From Candidatus Colwellbacteria bacterium (lineage in GTDB: Bacteria; Patescibacteriota; Minisyncoccia; UBA6257; Colwellbacteraceae), in the NCBI GenBank assembly GCA_028718505.1, contig JAQULQ010000007.1, positions 6,353 through 30,352 of the forward strand: a stretch of DNA of 24,000 bases, written 5' to 3'. The notes under the pieces are model-generated. The model was not told where the DNA came from. It searched no databases and worked only from the letters and a program-made list of their open reading frames with translations. Below, one piece after another: positions 1 through 7,999 of this stretch. A program made the position numbers and the translations under genes. The stretch's first letter is position 1. Each line of letters starts with the position of its first letter.

Positions 1-750
1 GACTACATTGGAGTTCAACACCGGACCTCTCCTCCGGCAGACCTGCAGGGCAGAGACCTCTATCTGATAGATTTCTCGTATCCCCCCGAGATTACTCAAA
101 CCCTTTTAAAAGAGACGCACTCCCTAGTTGCCATCGACCACCACCTTACCGCTAAGGAGACCGTAGCGAATATCCCCAACCACGTGTACAGCGAAGATCA
201 TTCCGGCTGTGTTCTGGCGTGGCATTATTTTTTCCCCGAAGAGAAGGCGCCTCTCTTCCTTCAGTATGTTGAAGATGGTGACCTATGGAGCTTTGAACTG
301 CCCCGTTCACGGGATTTTTATTCTCTTATGCTCACTCTATCTTTTGACTTCGAAGTTTGGGACAGAATAATAAATGACTTCGAAAATAATGACAAAAGAA
401 GGGGGCATCTCGATTACGGCGCTCATATTAAGCAGTATCAGGAGAACATCATTGAGGAACAGTTAAGTCAGGCTCAGGAAGTAATTTTAGAGAACCATTC
501 CGCTTTGGTGGTCAATTCTTCTATTCTTGAATCGCAGATCGGTAATGTCATTGTCGGTAGAGGTTATGATATTGGTATTATTTGGCGCTATCTGGCGGAG
601 GGAGATATAAAAGTTTCTCTGCGTTCCCAAAAAAACGGAGGCGCGGATGTTCGTAAAATAGCTGAAAAGTATGGCGGGGGTGGACACGCATCCGCTGCCG
701 GTTTTATTCTGGAATCAGGTACAGCTTTGCCATGGCAGCCGAAAAGTTAA
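1..750 (+). CDS. DHH-family phosphoesterase (RecJ-like/DHHA1), 5' end outside window
   Basis: Frame +1 is open from base 1 (DYIGVQHRTSPPADLQGRDLYLIDFSYPPEITQTLLKETHSLVAIDHHLTAKE...). It has LIDFSYPP and DHH motifs and a C-terminal GGGGHASAAGF (DHHA1-like). The listed start at 184 is an internal codon. Confidence 0.85.
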   Translation, partial: DYIGVQHRTSPPADLQGRDLYLIDFSYPPEITQTLLKETHSLVAIDHHLTAKETVANIPNHVYSEDHSGCVLAWHYFFPEEKAPLFLQYVEDGDLWSFELPRSRDFYSLMLTLSFDFEVWDRIINDFENNDKRRGHLDYGAHIKQYQENIIEEQLSQAQEVILENHSALVVNSSILESQIGNVIVGRGYDIGIIWRYLAEGDIKVSLRSQKNGGADVRKIAEKYGGGGHASAAGFILESGTALPWQPKS

Positions 751-1145
751 TTATTTATACGGACGGAGGGTCGAGGGGTAATCCGGGACCAGCCGCTATC
801 GGCGCTGTTGTTGGCAATAAGGAGTATTCTCAAGCCATCGGTAATACCACCAACAATATTGCTGAATACAGTGCTGTTATCTTTGCCTTGAAAAAAGCTA
901 AACAGCTCCTGACGAAAAATAAGGCTAGGAAAACGCATATTGAACTCTATACCGACAGTGAGCTGCTGGTGAATCAGTTGAACGCCAAATATAAGATCAA
1001 AGACACCGATCTAGTTCCGCTTTTTATAGAAGCCTGGAATCTCAAACAAGATTTTGCTTCGGTTAAATTCATACACGTGTTAAGAGAGAAAAATAAGCTG
1101 ACGGACCGATTAGTCAACCGGGCTTTAGATACTTTGGGTATCTAG
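732..1145 (+). CDS. Ribonuclease HI family protein
   Basis: LIIYTDGGSRGNPGPAAIGAVV, NTTNNIAEYSAVIFALKKA and ELYTDSELLVNQLN are RNase H fold motifs. It overlaps the end of the upstream gene. Confidence 0.88.
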   Translation: MAAEKLIIYTDGGSRGNPGPAAIGAVVGNKEYSQAIGNTTNNIAEYSAVIFALKKAKQLLTKNKARKTHIELYTDSELLVNQLNAKYKIKDTDLVPLFIEAWNLKQDFASVKFIHVLREKNKLTDRLVNRALDTLGI

Positions 1146-1182
1146 ATTGATAAAATCAGTTTTTTGTGGTATAAACTCTCTC

Positions 1183-1595
1183 GGAGGTAATTCAGGCAGC
1201 AGCTCTGCGAGCCCCCGTTAAGCAGAATACTGGAATGTTCTTCACATTGGGGAACTTGCGGAGAGGAAAGTCCGGACACTCAGCCGCCATAAAGTGACGG
1301 CAGGGTAGCGGGTAACACCCGTCGCGCGTAAGCGTAGAGGTGCGAACAGTGACGGTCTGATCTGAAAAGATCAGGCGGACCCGATCCCAACGTAGATGGT
1401 CTAACCCGGTTATAGGGAGAAAAATGCCGGGGTGAAACGGTTAAATCCTTACCAGAGTGCAAGGCCGAGCCGTGAACTGTGCTTATGCTCTAGTTCATGG
1501 AGCGCCGCTTGAGCCTGAGAGTAATCGATGGCCTAGATAGATTGCTGCGCTCCGACCTATGTCGGAGAACAGAATCCGGCTTATGGATTGCCTCC
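1183..1595 (+). ncRNA. rnpB: RNase P RNA, bacterial type
   Basis: Conserved GAGAGGAAAGTCCGGACAC (about 1259-1277) and AACAGAATCCGGCTTAT (about 1569-1584). The proposed P1 helix is GGAGGTAATT (1183-1192) with GATTGCCTCC (1586-1595). A terminator follows directly. Confidence 0.93.
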
Positions 1596-1599
1596 AAAG

Positions 1600-1627
1600 A
1601 AAAAAACCGCCAGTTGGCGGTTTTTTT
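1600..1627 (+). terminator. Rho-independent terminator of rnpB
   Basis: ACCGCC-agtt-GGCGGT followed by a T tract. Confidence 0.88.
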
Positions 1628-1679
1628 CTATTCGCTATCCACTATTAACTATCCGCTACAAACTATAAACTAATAAAGT

Positions 1680-2432
1680 ATGTCCCAATACTACAATTCC
1701 AGGAGAACAAAGGGTATGTACGAAGTAGACAGCCCAGAGCCTTTTAAATTAAGCCGCTCAAAGGTTGATCTTTTTTTAGAATGTCCTAGGTGTTTTTATC
1801 TGGACAGGCGTTTGGGTGTGAGCCGGCCTCCAGGCTTTCCTTTCAGCTTGAATTCAGCGGTTGATGCGCTTCTTAAAAAAGAATTTGACATTCATCGTGC
1901 CCAGAAGTCAGCCCACCCCCTGATGAAACAGTACGGAATAAATGCCGTCCCATTTGAGCATAAAGATATAAATAAGTGGCGGGACACATTTGTGGGTGTT
2001 CAATATCTGCACGAACCTACTAATTTCTTATTAACTGGTGCCATCGATGATGTCTGGGTTGATCCCAAAGGTCGATTATCCATTGTGGACTACAAGGCTA
2101 CTGCTAAAGACAGTGAGGTCAATCTCGACGCCGATTGGCAAATCGGCTATAAACGGCAAATGGAGTTCTATCAATGGCTTATGAGACAAAACGGTTTCGA
2201 CGTTTCTGCAACGGGTTATTTTGTCTACGCCAATGGCCGGACAGATAAGGAGGCCTTCGATGGAAGGCTCGAATTTAACGTCAAGGTGATTCCTTATGAA
2301 GGCGACTCTTCCTGGATAGAGCCTACTTTGAGAAAGATAAAAGAAGCCTTGGGGTCAAATAAGGTCCCTAAAGCGGATCCCGATTGCGATTACTGTCTTT
2401 ATAGGGATGCCGTTAAGGATGTATATAAATAA
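1680..2432 (+). CDS. PD-(D/E)XK nuclease superfamily protein (Cas4/RecB-like, putative Fe-S cysteines)
   Basis: FKLSRSKVDLFLECPRCFYLDRRLG, GAIDDVWVDPKGRLSIVDYKATAK and a C-terminal CDYC motif fit a RecB-like nuclease core with a cysteine cluster. No cas genes or CRISPR are nearby. Confidence 0.75.
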   Translation: MSQYYNSRRTKGMYEVDSPEPFKLSRSKVDLFLECPRCFYLDRRLGVSRPPGFPFSLNSAVDALLKKEFDIHRAQKSAHPLMKQYGINAVPFEHKDINKWRDTFVGVQYLHEPTNFLLTGAIDDVWVDPKGRLSIVDYKATAKDSEVNLDADWQIGYKRQMEFYQWLMRQNGFDVSATGYFVYANGRTDKEAFDGRLEFNVKVIPYEGDSSWIEPTLRKIKEALGSNKVPKADPDCDYCLYRDAVKDVYK

Positions 2433-2435
2433 CAT

Positions 2436-2768
2436 ATGAGAACACTTATTCGGTGGGCTGTTCTTACGTTCGTGATCATGGTACTGGCCAATTGGATCCC
2501 GAACGTAACGGTTGAGAATTGGAAAGCAGCCGTGATAGCCGCTTTAGTGCTAGGGCTGATTAATACTTTGCTCAAGCCAGTTATTACTTTCATTGCCTTT
2601 CCAATTAATTTGCTGACCTTCGGACTTTTCAGCGTCGTGATCAACGCCTGGCTGGTTTTGCTGGCCTCTGATATGGTGGCCGGTTTCGGGGTAGAGGGAT
2701 TCTGGACGGCCGTTCTATTCAGTCTGGCTTTCTCTATCGCTTCTTCACTTATTTCCTGGATTTTATAG
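2436..2768 (+). CDS. Phage holin family / PF04020-like small membrane protein
   Basis: Four hydrophobic helices with NWIPNVTVENWKAAVIAALVLGLINTLLKPVI, typical of this family. Confidence 0.7.
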   Translation: MRTLIRWAVLTFVIMVLANWIPNVTVENWKAAVIAALVLGLINTLLKPVITFIAFPINLLTFGLFSVVINAWLVLLASDMVAGFGVEGFWTAVLFSLAFSIASSLISWIL

Positions 2769-2806
2769 CCCCTTATTCCGTCAAAAAAGCCGTTTTTAGG
2801 CGAATC

Positions 2807-2836
2807 TTGACAAGGGACGGGGTGGTATTTTACAAT
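2807..2836 (+). promoter_or_regulatory. Sigma70-type promoter upstream of a candidate sRNA
   Basis: TTGACA (2807-2812), 18 nt spacer, TACAAT (2831-2836). Confidence 0.6.
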
Positions 2837-2842
2837 ACAAAG

Positions 2843-2910
2843 GTCTTCTGGAGGATCCGTCTTCCGGCAGACACCTAAGAAACGCCCCCGCCAGGGGGTG
2901 TTTCTTTTTT
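2843..2910 (+). ncRNA. Candidate small structured RNA (about 68 nt)
   Basis: It lies between a promoter and a strong terminator with no ORF. Internal hairpin GTCT-t-CTGGAGG-atccgt-CTTCCGG-c-AGAC is followed by the terminator stem. Confidence 0.4.
2880..2910 (+). terminator. Rho-independent terminator
   Basis: AAACgCCCCC-gcca-GGGGGtGTTT followed by CTTTTTT. Confidence 0.85.
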
Positions 2911-2937
2911 GACGGTATTTTACAAACGTGGTAGTTT
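2909..2937 (+). promoter_or_regulatory. Promoter of pgsA, extended -10 type
   Basis: TTGACG (2909-2914), 17 nt spacer ending TGG, TAGTTT (2932-2937). AAAGGGGATTGAAT lies upstream of ATG 2981. Confidence 0.5.
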
Positions 2938-2980
2938 CCGACTAGGTCTTTAAGAGCAAGCTTATCCTCACGAAAGGGGA

Positions 2981-3571
2981 TTGAATATGAAGTGGTATAT
3001 TCCGTCCGCGTTCAGTTTTTCGAGGCTCATTCTCACCCCAGTAGTGATGTGGCTCATCTTGACCGCCAGATGGAAGTGGGCAGCGCTTGTCTTTGTGGCG
3101 GCCGCTATCACTGACGGTTTGGATGGAGCTTCTGCCCGGCTCTTCGGGGTTATGTCCAAATTCGGCCTCTATCTGGACACGACCGCTGACAAAGTGCTCA
3201 TTTCGTGCACTCTGTTGGCTTTGGCTTTCTCTCAGCGCATTTCGACCTGGGCAGTTTGGGCGGTGGCCGTCATCCTGGCTCGAGAGATTCTCGTCTTGGG
3301 ATTGAAGGCCCAGATTGCTGTTGGGCGGACAGTCCAGCCCTCTTGGTCGGGTAAGATCAAGATGGGCATTGAATGCGTAGCCATTACCTTTGTCATCCTT
3401 CATCCATGGGAATCTGGATGGTTCAGTCTTCCCTGGAGCGACTGGATGCTCGTCGGAGCGGCCCTGGCTGGCCTTCAGTCCGGTACCGGTTATCTCCTGC
3501 GGTATCGACACAGGATTATCGGTCCGGCTGAGGAGGCTTATGCCAGCGAGGAACACCGCTGGGCTGCGTAA
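2981..3571 (+). CDS. pgsA: CDP-diacylglycerol--glycerol-3-phosphate 3-phosphatidyltransferase
   Basis: CDP-alcohol phosphatidyltransferase motif DGLDGASARLFGVMSKFGLYLDTTADK. Confidence 0.88.
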   Translation: MNMKWYIPSAFSFSRLILTPVVMWLILTARWKWAALVFVAAAITDGLDGASARLFGVMSKFGLYLDTTADKVLISCTLLALAFSQRISTWAVWAVAVILAREILVLGLKAQIAVGRTVQPSWSGKIKMGIECVAITFVILHPWESGWFSLPWSDWMLVGAALAGLQSGTGYLLRYRHRIIGPAEEAYASEEHRWAA

Positions 3572-3642
3572 AGAAGCGAGGCGGAGGAGGGGGTTGGTTC
3601 ATCCAGCCCCCTCCGAGATTTTTGTATGTATAATAAAACTAT

Positions 3643-3716
3643 TGCCGGATCGTCTAATGGCAGGACGCCGCGCTCTGGACGCGGTAATCTAGGTTCGAGC
3701 CCTAGTCCGGCAGCCA
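3643..3716 (+). tRNA. tRNA-Gln (CTG anticodon), CCA encoded
   Basis: Acceptor TGCCGGA/TCCGGCA, D arm GTC...GAC, anticodon arm CCGCG-CTCTGGA-CGCGG, T arm CTAGG-TTCGAGC-CCTAG, discriminator G plus CCA. Confidence 0.95.
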
Positions 3717-3733
3717 TCTCGTGCTAGCACGAG
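3715..3733. repeat. Intergenic repeat family E, copy 1, inside the 18-bp palindrome TCTCGTGCTAGCACGAGA
   Basis: CATCTCGTGCTAGCACGAG. The perfect palindrome is 3717-3734; a 16-bp identical core recurs at 8048-8063. Confidence 0.65.
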
Positions 3734-3781
3734 ATCTATAGCCGTCTCGGGCGCACTGAGAGAGGGGTGTAGAATTAACGT

Positions 3782-4447
3782 ATGGACTTCAAAGAAGAAC
3801 TATGGGGAGAGATTCGACCCACCGGCAGATCGGCGGAGGAGTGCTTTGAGGATCTTGGAATATCACTCGAGTTCTTGAAGGGGAAGAAAATCCTTGATAT
3901 CGGATCTGGACTGAACCAGTTTGCCCAAGATCTTAAACAAGAGCACCTTGATCTTACGTCCATCGATATGTTCTATGCGCTAACACCGGAAGAACGGAAA
4001 AAAGTATTCAGTGAGTTGTCTCCGGAGAATTTTGAAACAGTAAAGACAAGTCTTGATAGGATGGCGATTAAGGACAAAGACTCTCATCTCGTTGGAGGAC
4101 GAGCTGAGTCCCTGCCATTTTTAGATGAGACGTTTGACGTCGTGCTCGCAGAGTATTCTATGCCGCACTACGCAGAAAATCGCGAAAGCATGCGAGATTT
4201 CTTTTTTGAAGTTGCTCGCGTTCTAAAGCCAGGAGGAGAGGCTCATATATACCCCATGCGGATTAGGCCGGGACGAAACGTAACAAGAAAGGATGCAGAA
4301 GAGGTCCTTTCAAACTTACGAAATTTGGGATTCTCTGTTGAGGTGTCCGGCAAAGAACTAGGAGATGATCCGCCAGATACAAGGCCACTGCTGTTGGTTC
4401 TTGGAAAACCTCAAATACCCCCAGACCGGGGGGGTCAGCCATCTTGA
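3782..4447 (+). CDS. Class I SAM-dependent methyltransferase
   Basis: ILDIGSGLNQFAQDL (motif I), VVLAEYSMPHY, EVARVLKPGGEAHIYPMR. Confidence 0.85.
   Translation: MDFKEELWGEIRPTGRSAEECFEDLGISLEFLKGKKILDIGSGLNQFAQDLKQEHLDLTSIDMFYALTPEERKKVFSELSPENFETVKTSLDRMAIKDKDSHLVGGRAESLPFLDETFDVVLAEYSMPHYAENRESMRDFFFEVARVLKPGGEAHIYPMRIRPGRNVTRKDAEEVLSNLRNLGFSVEVSGKELGDDPPDTRPLLLVLGKPQIPPDRGGQPS
4420..4439. repeat. Intergenic repeat family R, copy 1
   Basis: CCCAGACCGGGGGGGTCAGC, 18/20 to copy 2. It overlaps the 3' end of the upstream ORF. Confidence 0.65.
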
Positions 4448-4521
4448 GAAAAATTCGGATGTCCGAAGAGGATTCGAGTCCCGTTGGACACCCATAACAA
4501 ACAGCTTGGTATAATGAAAGT

Positions 4522-5250
4522 ATGAACAAATACTTAGTCGTCGCTTTGGTAGTCATAGTGTTTGGGGCAGTCGGTGTTTTGAGCTACAGATTTTTTCTTT
4601 CTGGTCCCGAAGATACCTGGCTCTGTGAAAATGGAGAATGGATCAAACACGGCAATCCTTCTGCTTCAATGCCGGAGGAGGAGTGCGAAGAAGAGGGAGT
4701 TCGGAATGATGAAGCGGTAAACACTTGGCCTATCTACACTAATGAGTCTTTCGGCATAACATTTGTTTACCCAGAGGGGGCAGAAGTTGTACCTCCTAAC
4801 GGAGAAAGCAACGAGTTTTTTATTCTCTATCCAAAGGATTTAGAGGACCCCGCCATAGTACTGGCAGAGATTAATCCACTAATAATAGGACAAAACATGT
4901 ATGTTTATGATGGGAGCGGCGATGCCAGTGCATTAAGCAAGGCATTCTCGGAAGGGGGCATTAGGGGTGTCGCTAATACGTCGAGAGAGACAAATCTAGG
5001 AGATTACAATCCGAACATCGAGAATGACTTTGTCGGGGCGTTACGGGAATTCAATATTTCGTCCGGAGAAGCATGGGGTTTTGAGGTAGGTGGAGACTTT
5101 ACTTACGGGTTTGTCAGCACTGCCGACGGCACGATAATCGAGACGCGTAGTTACGTAGTTTTTGTGTCTAATGGACAAAGCGTATTCAGAGTGATTGTCC
5201 CGAAGGATAGTCTCGAATCTCTACAAATCCTCGAAAGCCTTGTCGTTTAG
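4522..5250 (+). CDS. Membrane-anchored hypothetical protein with CENGEWIKHGNPSASMP motif
   Basis: N-terminal hydrophobic anchor, CENGEWIKHGNPSASMPEEEC motif and an extracytoplasmic C-terminal domain. Confidence 0.6.
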   Translation: MNKYLVVALVVIVFGAVGVLSYRFFLSGPEDTWLCENGEWIKHGNPSASMPEEECEEEGVRNDEAVNTWPIYTNESFGITFVYPEGAEVVPPNGESNEFFILYPKDLEDPAIVLAEINPLIIGQNMYVYDGSGDASALSKAFSEGGIRGVANTSRETNLGDYNPNIENDFVGALREFNISSGEAWGFEVGGDFTYGFVSTADGTIIETRSYVVFVSNGQSVFRVIVPKDSLESLQILESLVV

Positions 5251-5270
5251 TGAGTCTCACTATAGGGGGT

Positions 5271-5290
5271 ACCAGACCGGAGGGGTCAGC
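5271..5290. repeat. Intergenic repeat family R, copy 2
   Basis: ACCAGACCGGAGGGGTCAGC. Confidence 0.75.
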
Positions 5291-5342
5291 CAAGGTTGGA
5301 AGTATCGAGTGACCGAGACGGGTATCAAGGTATACTAAAACT

Positions 5343-5693
5343 ATGAAGTCAGCGCAATCAATCGAAGATTTCTATGTTGGACGTGGTTATCGTGGGGAGA
5401 GACTGAGAAAGGCTCTGGAAGCCGACAGGGAATACCAAGAAGTTCTGAAACGCAAAAGAAGTACATTAACTAAGCGAGTAAATGCGACTAGCGCAGAACA
5501 GCAACGCTATGTCCTCTCAATAGATCCCGATTTCACGATACTGGACCGATGCAAAAAGTTAGAAAAACAAAAGCTATCTTTAAGTGATCAGCAGCTAGTC
5601 CATTTAATTAAATCGCAATTAAAACAGGACTGGAGAAAGCCGCTTAACTCGATGTTAAGAAAGTTGGAGACAAAATACCGTATCGAGAGATAG
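5343..5693 (+). CDS. Hypothetical protein, basic and helical
   Basis: 116-aa ORF with TATACT 6 nt upstream of ATG. Confidence 0.5.
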   Translation: MKSAQSIEDFYVGRGYRGERLRKALEADREYQEVLKRKRSTLTKRVNATSAEQQRYVLSIDPDFTILDRCKKLEKQKLSLSDQQLVHLIKSQLKQDWRKPLNSMLRKLETKYRIER

Positions 5694-5730
5694 TATCGGG
5701 GTATCAGACCGCAGTGGCCATATAGATATT

Positions 5731-5769
5731 TAAAAATGACACGACCCCGCCTCCAATTGGGGTCGTGTC
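5731..5769 (-). terminator. Rho-independent terminator for the minus-strand gene
   Basis: GACACGACCCC (5738-5748) and GGGGTCGTGTC (5759-5769), followed on the minus strand by ATTTTTA. Confidence 0.8.
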
Positions 5770-5795
5770 TAATGTACGGCTCCGTGGAACGGGGT

Positions 5796-6182
5796 CTAGT
5801 GAACTAATCGCCCGAGGGTCTTTGCGTCATCTTCCACGATGAGCAGGTAGGGCAGAAGTATGAACGAAGCTCCTGCCAGGGCAGCAACCGCTCTGGCAAG
5901 CCAGATGGCCCACCCCTGCCACCAGTTGGTCCAGAGGCTGATCGCCGCGAGCGTGACTGCTGCCACAACGAGCGTGGCGAGGCAGGCGCCCAGTACTAGG
6001 CGTAGATGACCCGCTCGCCGCCGGGGAAGGGGTGGAAGGAAGGTGGCGGCAAGAATGATGGTCACCACCAGGAATGTGATCGAAGCGATGATGGTCGACC
6101 TCCACTCGTGATCAGCTGGATGGCGGTAGAACGCGGATGGCAACAGGGCGCCGACAAGCACCAGAAAGGTCACGAACAACAT
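5796..6182 (-). CDS. Multi-TM hypothetical membrane protein (start revised from 6335)
   Basis: Hydrophobic segments MLFVTFLVLVGALLPSAF, TIIASITFLVVTIILAATF and others. GAGAGGGG precedes ATG 6182. The ORF-track start at 6335 lies just downstream of the predicted -10, in a structured leader. Confidence 0.5.
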   Translation of the reverse strand: MLFVTFLVLVGALLPSAFYRHPADHEWRSTIIASITFLVVTIILAATFLPPLPRRRAGHLRLVLGACLATLVVAAVTLAAISLWTNWWQGWAIWLARAVAALAGASFILLPYLLIVEDDAKTLGRLVH

Positions 6183-6245
6183 GACCCCTCTCAGCCTCAG
6201 CCGGTTAGAGCTCGAGTGCTCTCGAGTTTTCGTAAGTTCTCCTTT

Positions 6246-6296
6246 GTCGGGGATATCTAAGCTCAATAAGCTATCAAGCCCAGATATCCCCGACAC
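6246..6296 (-). promoter_or_regulatory. Leader hairpin
   Basis: TGTCGGGGATATCT and AGATATCCCCGACA form a 14-bp perfect stem, followed on the minus strand by AAAGGAG. Confidence 0.7.
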
Positions 6297-6325
6297 AGGT
6301 ATATAAATATTCAAAGAACACCCTC

Positions 6326-6354
6326 TATATGCCATAGGGAGGTCATACAGTCAA
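6326..6354 (-). promoter_or_regulatory. Promoter, TTGACT-N17-CATATA with extended -10 TGG
   Basis: Same spacing and similar flanks as the promoter at 10646-10674. Confidence 0.55.
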
Positions 6355-6567
6355 TAATCGAACGACTAGATGATCTTTTATAGATCGTCTCATTTATCCG
6401 ATTTTGATCTCCGCCATAGGCGAGACGAGCCTGGCAGGGACCCTTAGTTTCTGTCACTTTTGTCACCTTTTATACGTGCTCGAAGAGGGTCGTTCTGGTA
6501 TCATAAAGCTAGCTTAAATCGCCAAACAAAGCTTGATCATTATTGGTTCCAGCTCGGGGAGGTGAAT

Positions 6568-6586
6568 CATCTAGCGTTAGAGCGAG
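6568..6586. repeat. Intergenic repeat family E, copy 2
   Basis: CATCTAGCGTTAGAGCGAG, 16/19 to the copy at 8672. Confidence 0.5.
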
Positions 6587-6599
6587 AAGCACCATAAAT

Positions 6600-7139
6600 A
6601 TGGAAAACAAAGTTCTAATAGCCGAAATCTCCAATACTGACTTTGATCCCGAATACAAGATGAGGGATCGGGATAAATATGCTATTAGAAGAGCCGCGCG
6701 CGGGATACTCATTAACGATGGTAAAATTGCGCTTCTAAATGTCACCAAATTTAACTATCACAAATTACCGGGTGGCGGTGTAGAAAAAAACGAAACAATT
6801 GAGAAGGCTTTTAAAAGAGAGGTGGTCGAAGAAACGGGTTGTAAATGCGAAGTATTAGATCAACCGGGAATAGTAATGGAATGGCGCGATCAATGGAGTC
6901 TGCTCCAAATTAGTTATGTTTTTCTAGCTAAAGTTGTGGGTGAGATCGGTAAAAGTAAATTTGAACAGGGAGAAATAGATGAGGGCTTTGAGCTAGGGTG
7001 GGTACCCTTTGAGAAAATAGATGAGATTCTCAAAAATGATAGTCCAACAAATTATGAAGGAAAATTCATAACGATCCGAGATAAAGGTATTTACGAATTC
7101 TATAAAGAAAAACTGCGGGGGAACGTGAAGTTAGCATGA
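6600..7139 (+). CDS. NUDIX hydrolase
   Basis: Nudix box GGGVEKNETIEKAFKREVVEETGCKC. Start revised to ATG 6600. Confidence 0.88.
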   Translation: MENKVLIAEISNTDFDPEYKMRDRDKYAIRRAARGILINDGKIALLNVTKFNYHKLPGGGVEKNETIEKAFKREVVEETGCKCEVLDQPGIVMEWRDQWSLLQISYVFLAKVVGEIGKSKFEQGEIDEGFELGWVPFEKIDEILKNDSPTNYEGKFITIRDKGIYEFYKEKLRGNVKLA

Positions 7140-7140
7140 T

Positions 7141-7160
7141 ACCGGACCGGAGGGGTCAGC
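7141..7160. repeat. Intergenic repeat family R, copy 3
   Basis: ACCGGACCGGAGGGGTCAGC, 19/20 to copy 2, 1 bp after the NUDIX stop codon. Confidence 0.75.
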
Positions 7161-7206
7161 ACTCCGACTCGCATTGCTCGCTCAGTGCAAGCCAAGTAGG
7201 GCAACT

Positions 7207-7998
7207 ATGAACTCGATTCATCAGATTAAGCAAAATAGTATCGCTGAATTTGGATCTGTTGCCACACAAAGTCAGTATAAGGAAATTGCCGAGGCGGGGC
7301 TTTGGGAAAGCGAGACAATGCTGATCGAAAAGTACTTCGCGCCAGAGATAAGTGTACTTGATGTGGGTTGTGGTTCGGGAAGAACGACTATACCGCTACA
7401 CCAAGCTGGGTATAGTGTTATCGGAGTTGATATAACTCCCGAGATGATTAATACAGCGCGAAGTGTAGCTAAGTCCAAAAATCTTGAAATAGACTATCTG
7501 GTCGGCGACGCCACACAGCTAGAGTTCGATGATAACACCTTCGAGGGAGCGATTTTCGCAAATAACGGGTGGTCCCAAATTCCAGGGAAAGACAATCGTC
7601 AGAAAACCTTAAATGAGATCTACCGAATTTTAAAGCCAGGCGGTATCTTTATATTTACCGCACACAAAAGATATATATCATTAAACAACTTTTTATCCTG
7701 GTCAGTAGAATGGATAAAGTATCACTTACTAGTTGGCCTTGGTATAAAAATGAAAGGGATTGATTACGGAGATATATTTTTTAGACGAAAATATGATAAA
7801 ACCCAGAGACAATTTATGCATATGGTAGGTACAGAAGAAGTCGCAGGGCAAGTAAAAAAGGCGGGCTTTACGCTCGTTCTAGAGAGGGGGATGGGAGACA
7901 TCTCTGAATCAGACGCAAAAGCAATGAGGGGATCTTTATCTAAGACGTTCAATTCCTATAAATCACCGGTCTTTTATGTTTGTGAAAAACCGAGTTAA
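7207..7998 (+). CDS. Class I SAM-dependent methyltransferase
   Basis: ISVLDVGCGSGRTTIPLHQAGYSVIGVDITPEMI and NEIYRILKPGGIFIFTAHK. ATG 7207 preferred over 7174. Confidence 0.88.
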   Translation: MNSIHQIKQNSIAEFGSVATQSQYKEIAEAGLWESETMLIEKYFAPEISVLDVGCGSGRTTIPLHQAGYSVIGVDITPEMINTARSVAKSKNLEIDYLVGDATQLEFDDNTFEGAIFANNGWSQIPGKDNRQKTLNEIYRILKPGGIFIFTAHKRYISLNNFLSWSVEWIKYHLLVGLGIKMKGIDYGDIFFRRKYDKTQRQFMHMVGTEEVAGQVKKAGFTLVLERGMGDISESDAKAMRGSLSKTFNSYKSPVFYVCEKPS

Positions 7999-7999
7999 C

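Noticed and set aside
1680-2432. Cas4-like nuclease as part of a CRISPR-Cas system.
   Set aside because: No CRISPR repeats, no other cas genes, and the gene sits among housekeeping genes. Standalone Cas4/RecB-like nucleases are common.
2436-2768. Prophage, because of the 'phage holin family' label.
   Set aside because: PF04020-like proteins are widespread chromosomal membrane proteins. No capsid, terminase, portal or lysis genes are present.
4263-4556. Minus-strand ORF of 97 aa overlapping the methyltransferase end.
   Set aside because: It is antisense to a well-supported gene, contains the antisense of the repeat, and has no coding features.
5248-5267. TAGTGAGTCTCACTATAGGG matches 16/20 positions of the T7 promoter TAATACGACTCACTATAGGG.
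   Set aside because: Mismatches fall within the polymerase-recognition part, and no T7-like polymerase gene or phage context is present. The similarity partly reflects a local AGTGAG-t-CTCACT palindrome. I treat it as coincidence, although vector contamination could be excluded by read mapping.
6182-6335. ORF-track start at 6335 for the minus-strand membrane protein.
   Set aside because: That codon lies at the predicted transcription start, just downstream of the -10, and the following residues are encoded by the leader hairpin. ATG 6182 is preferred.
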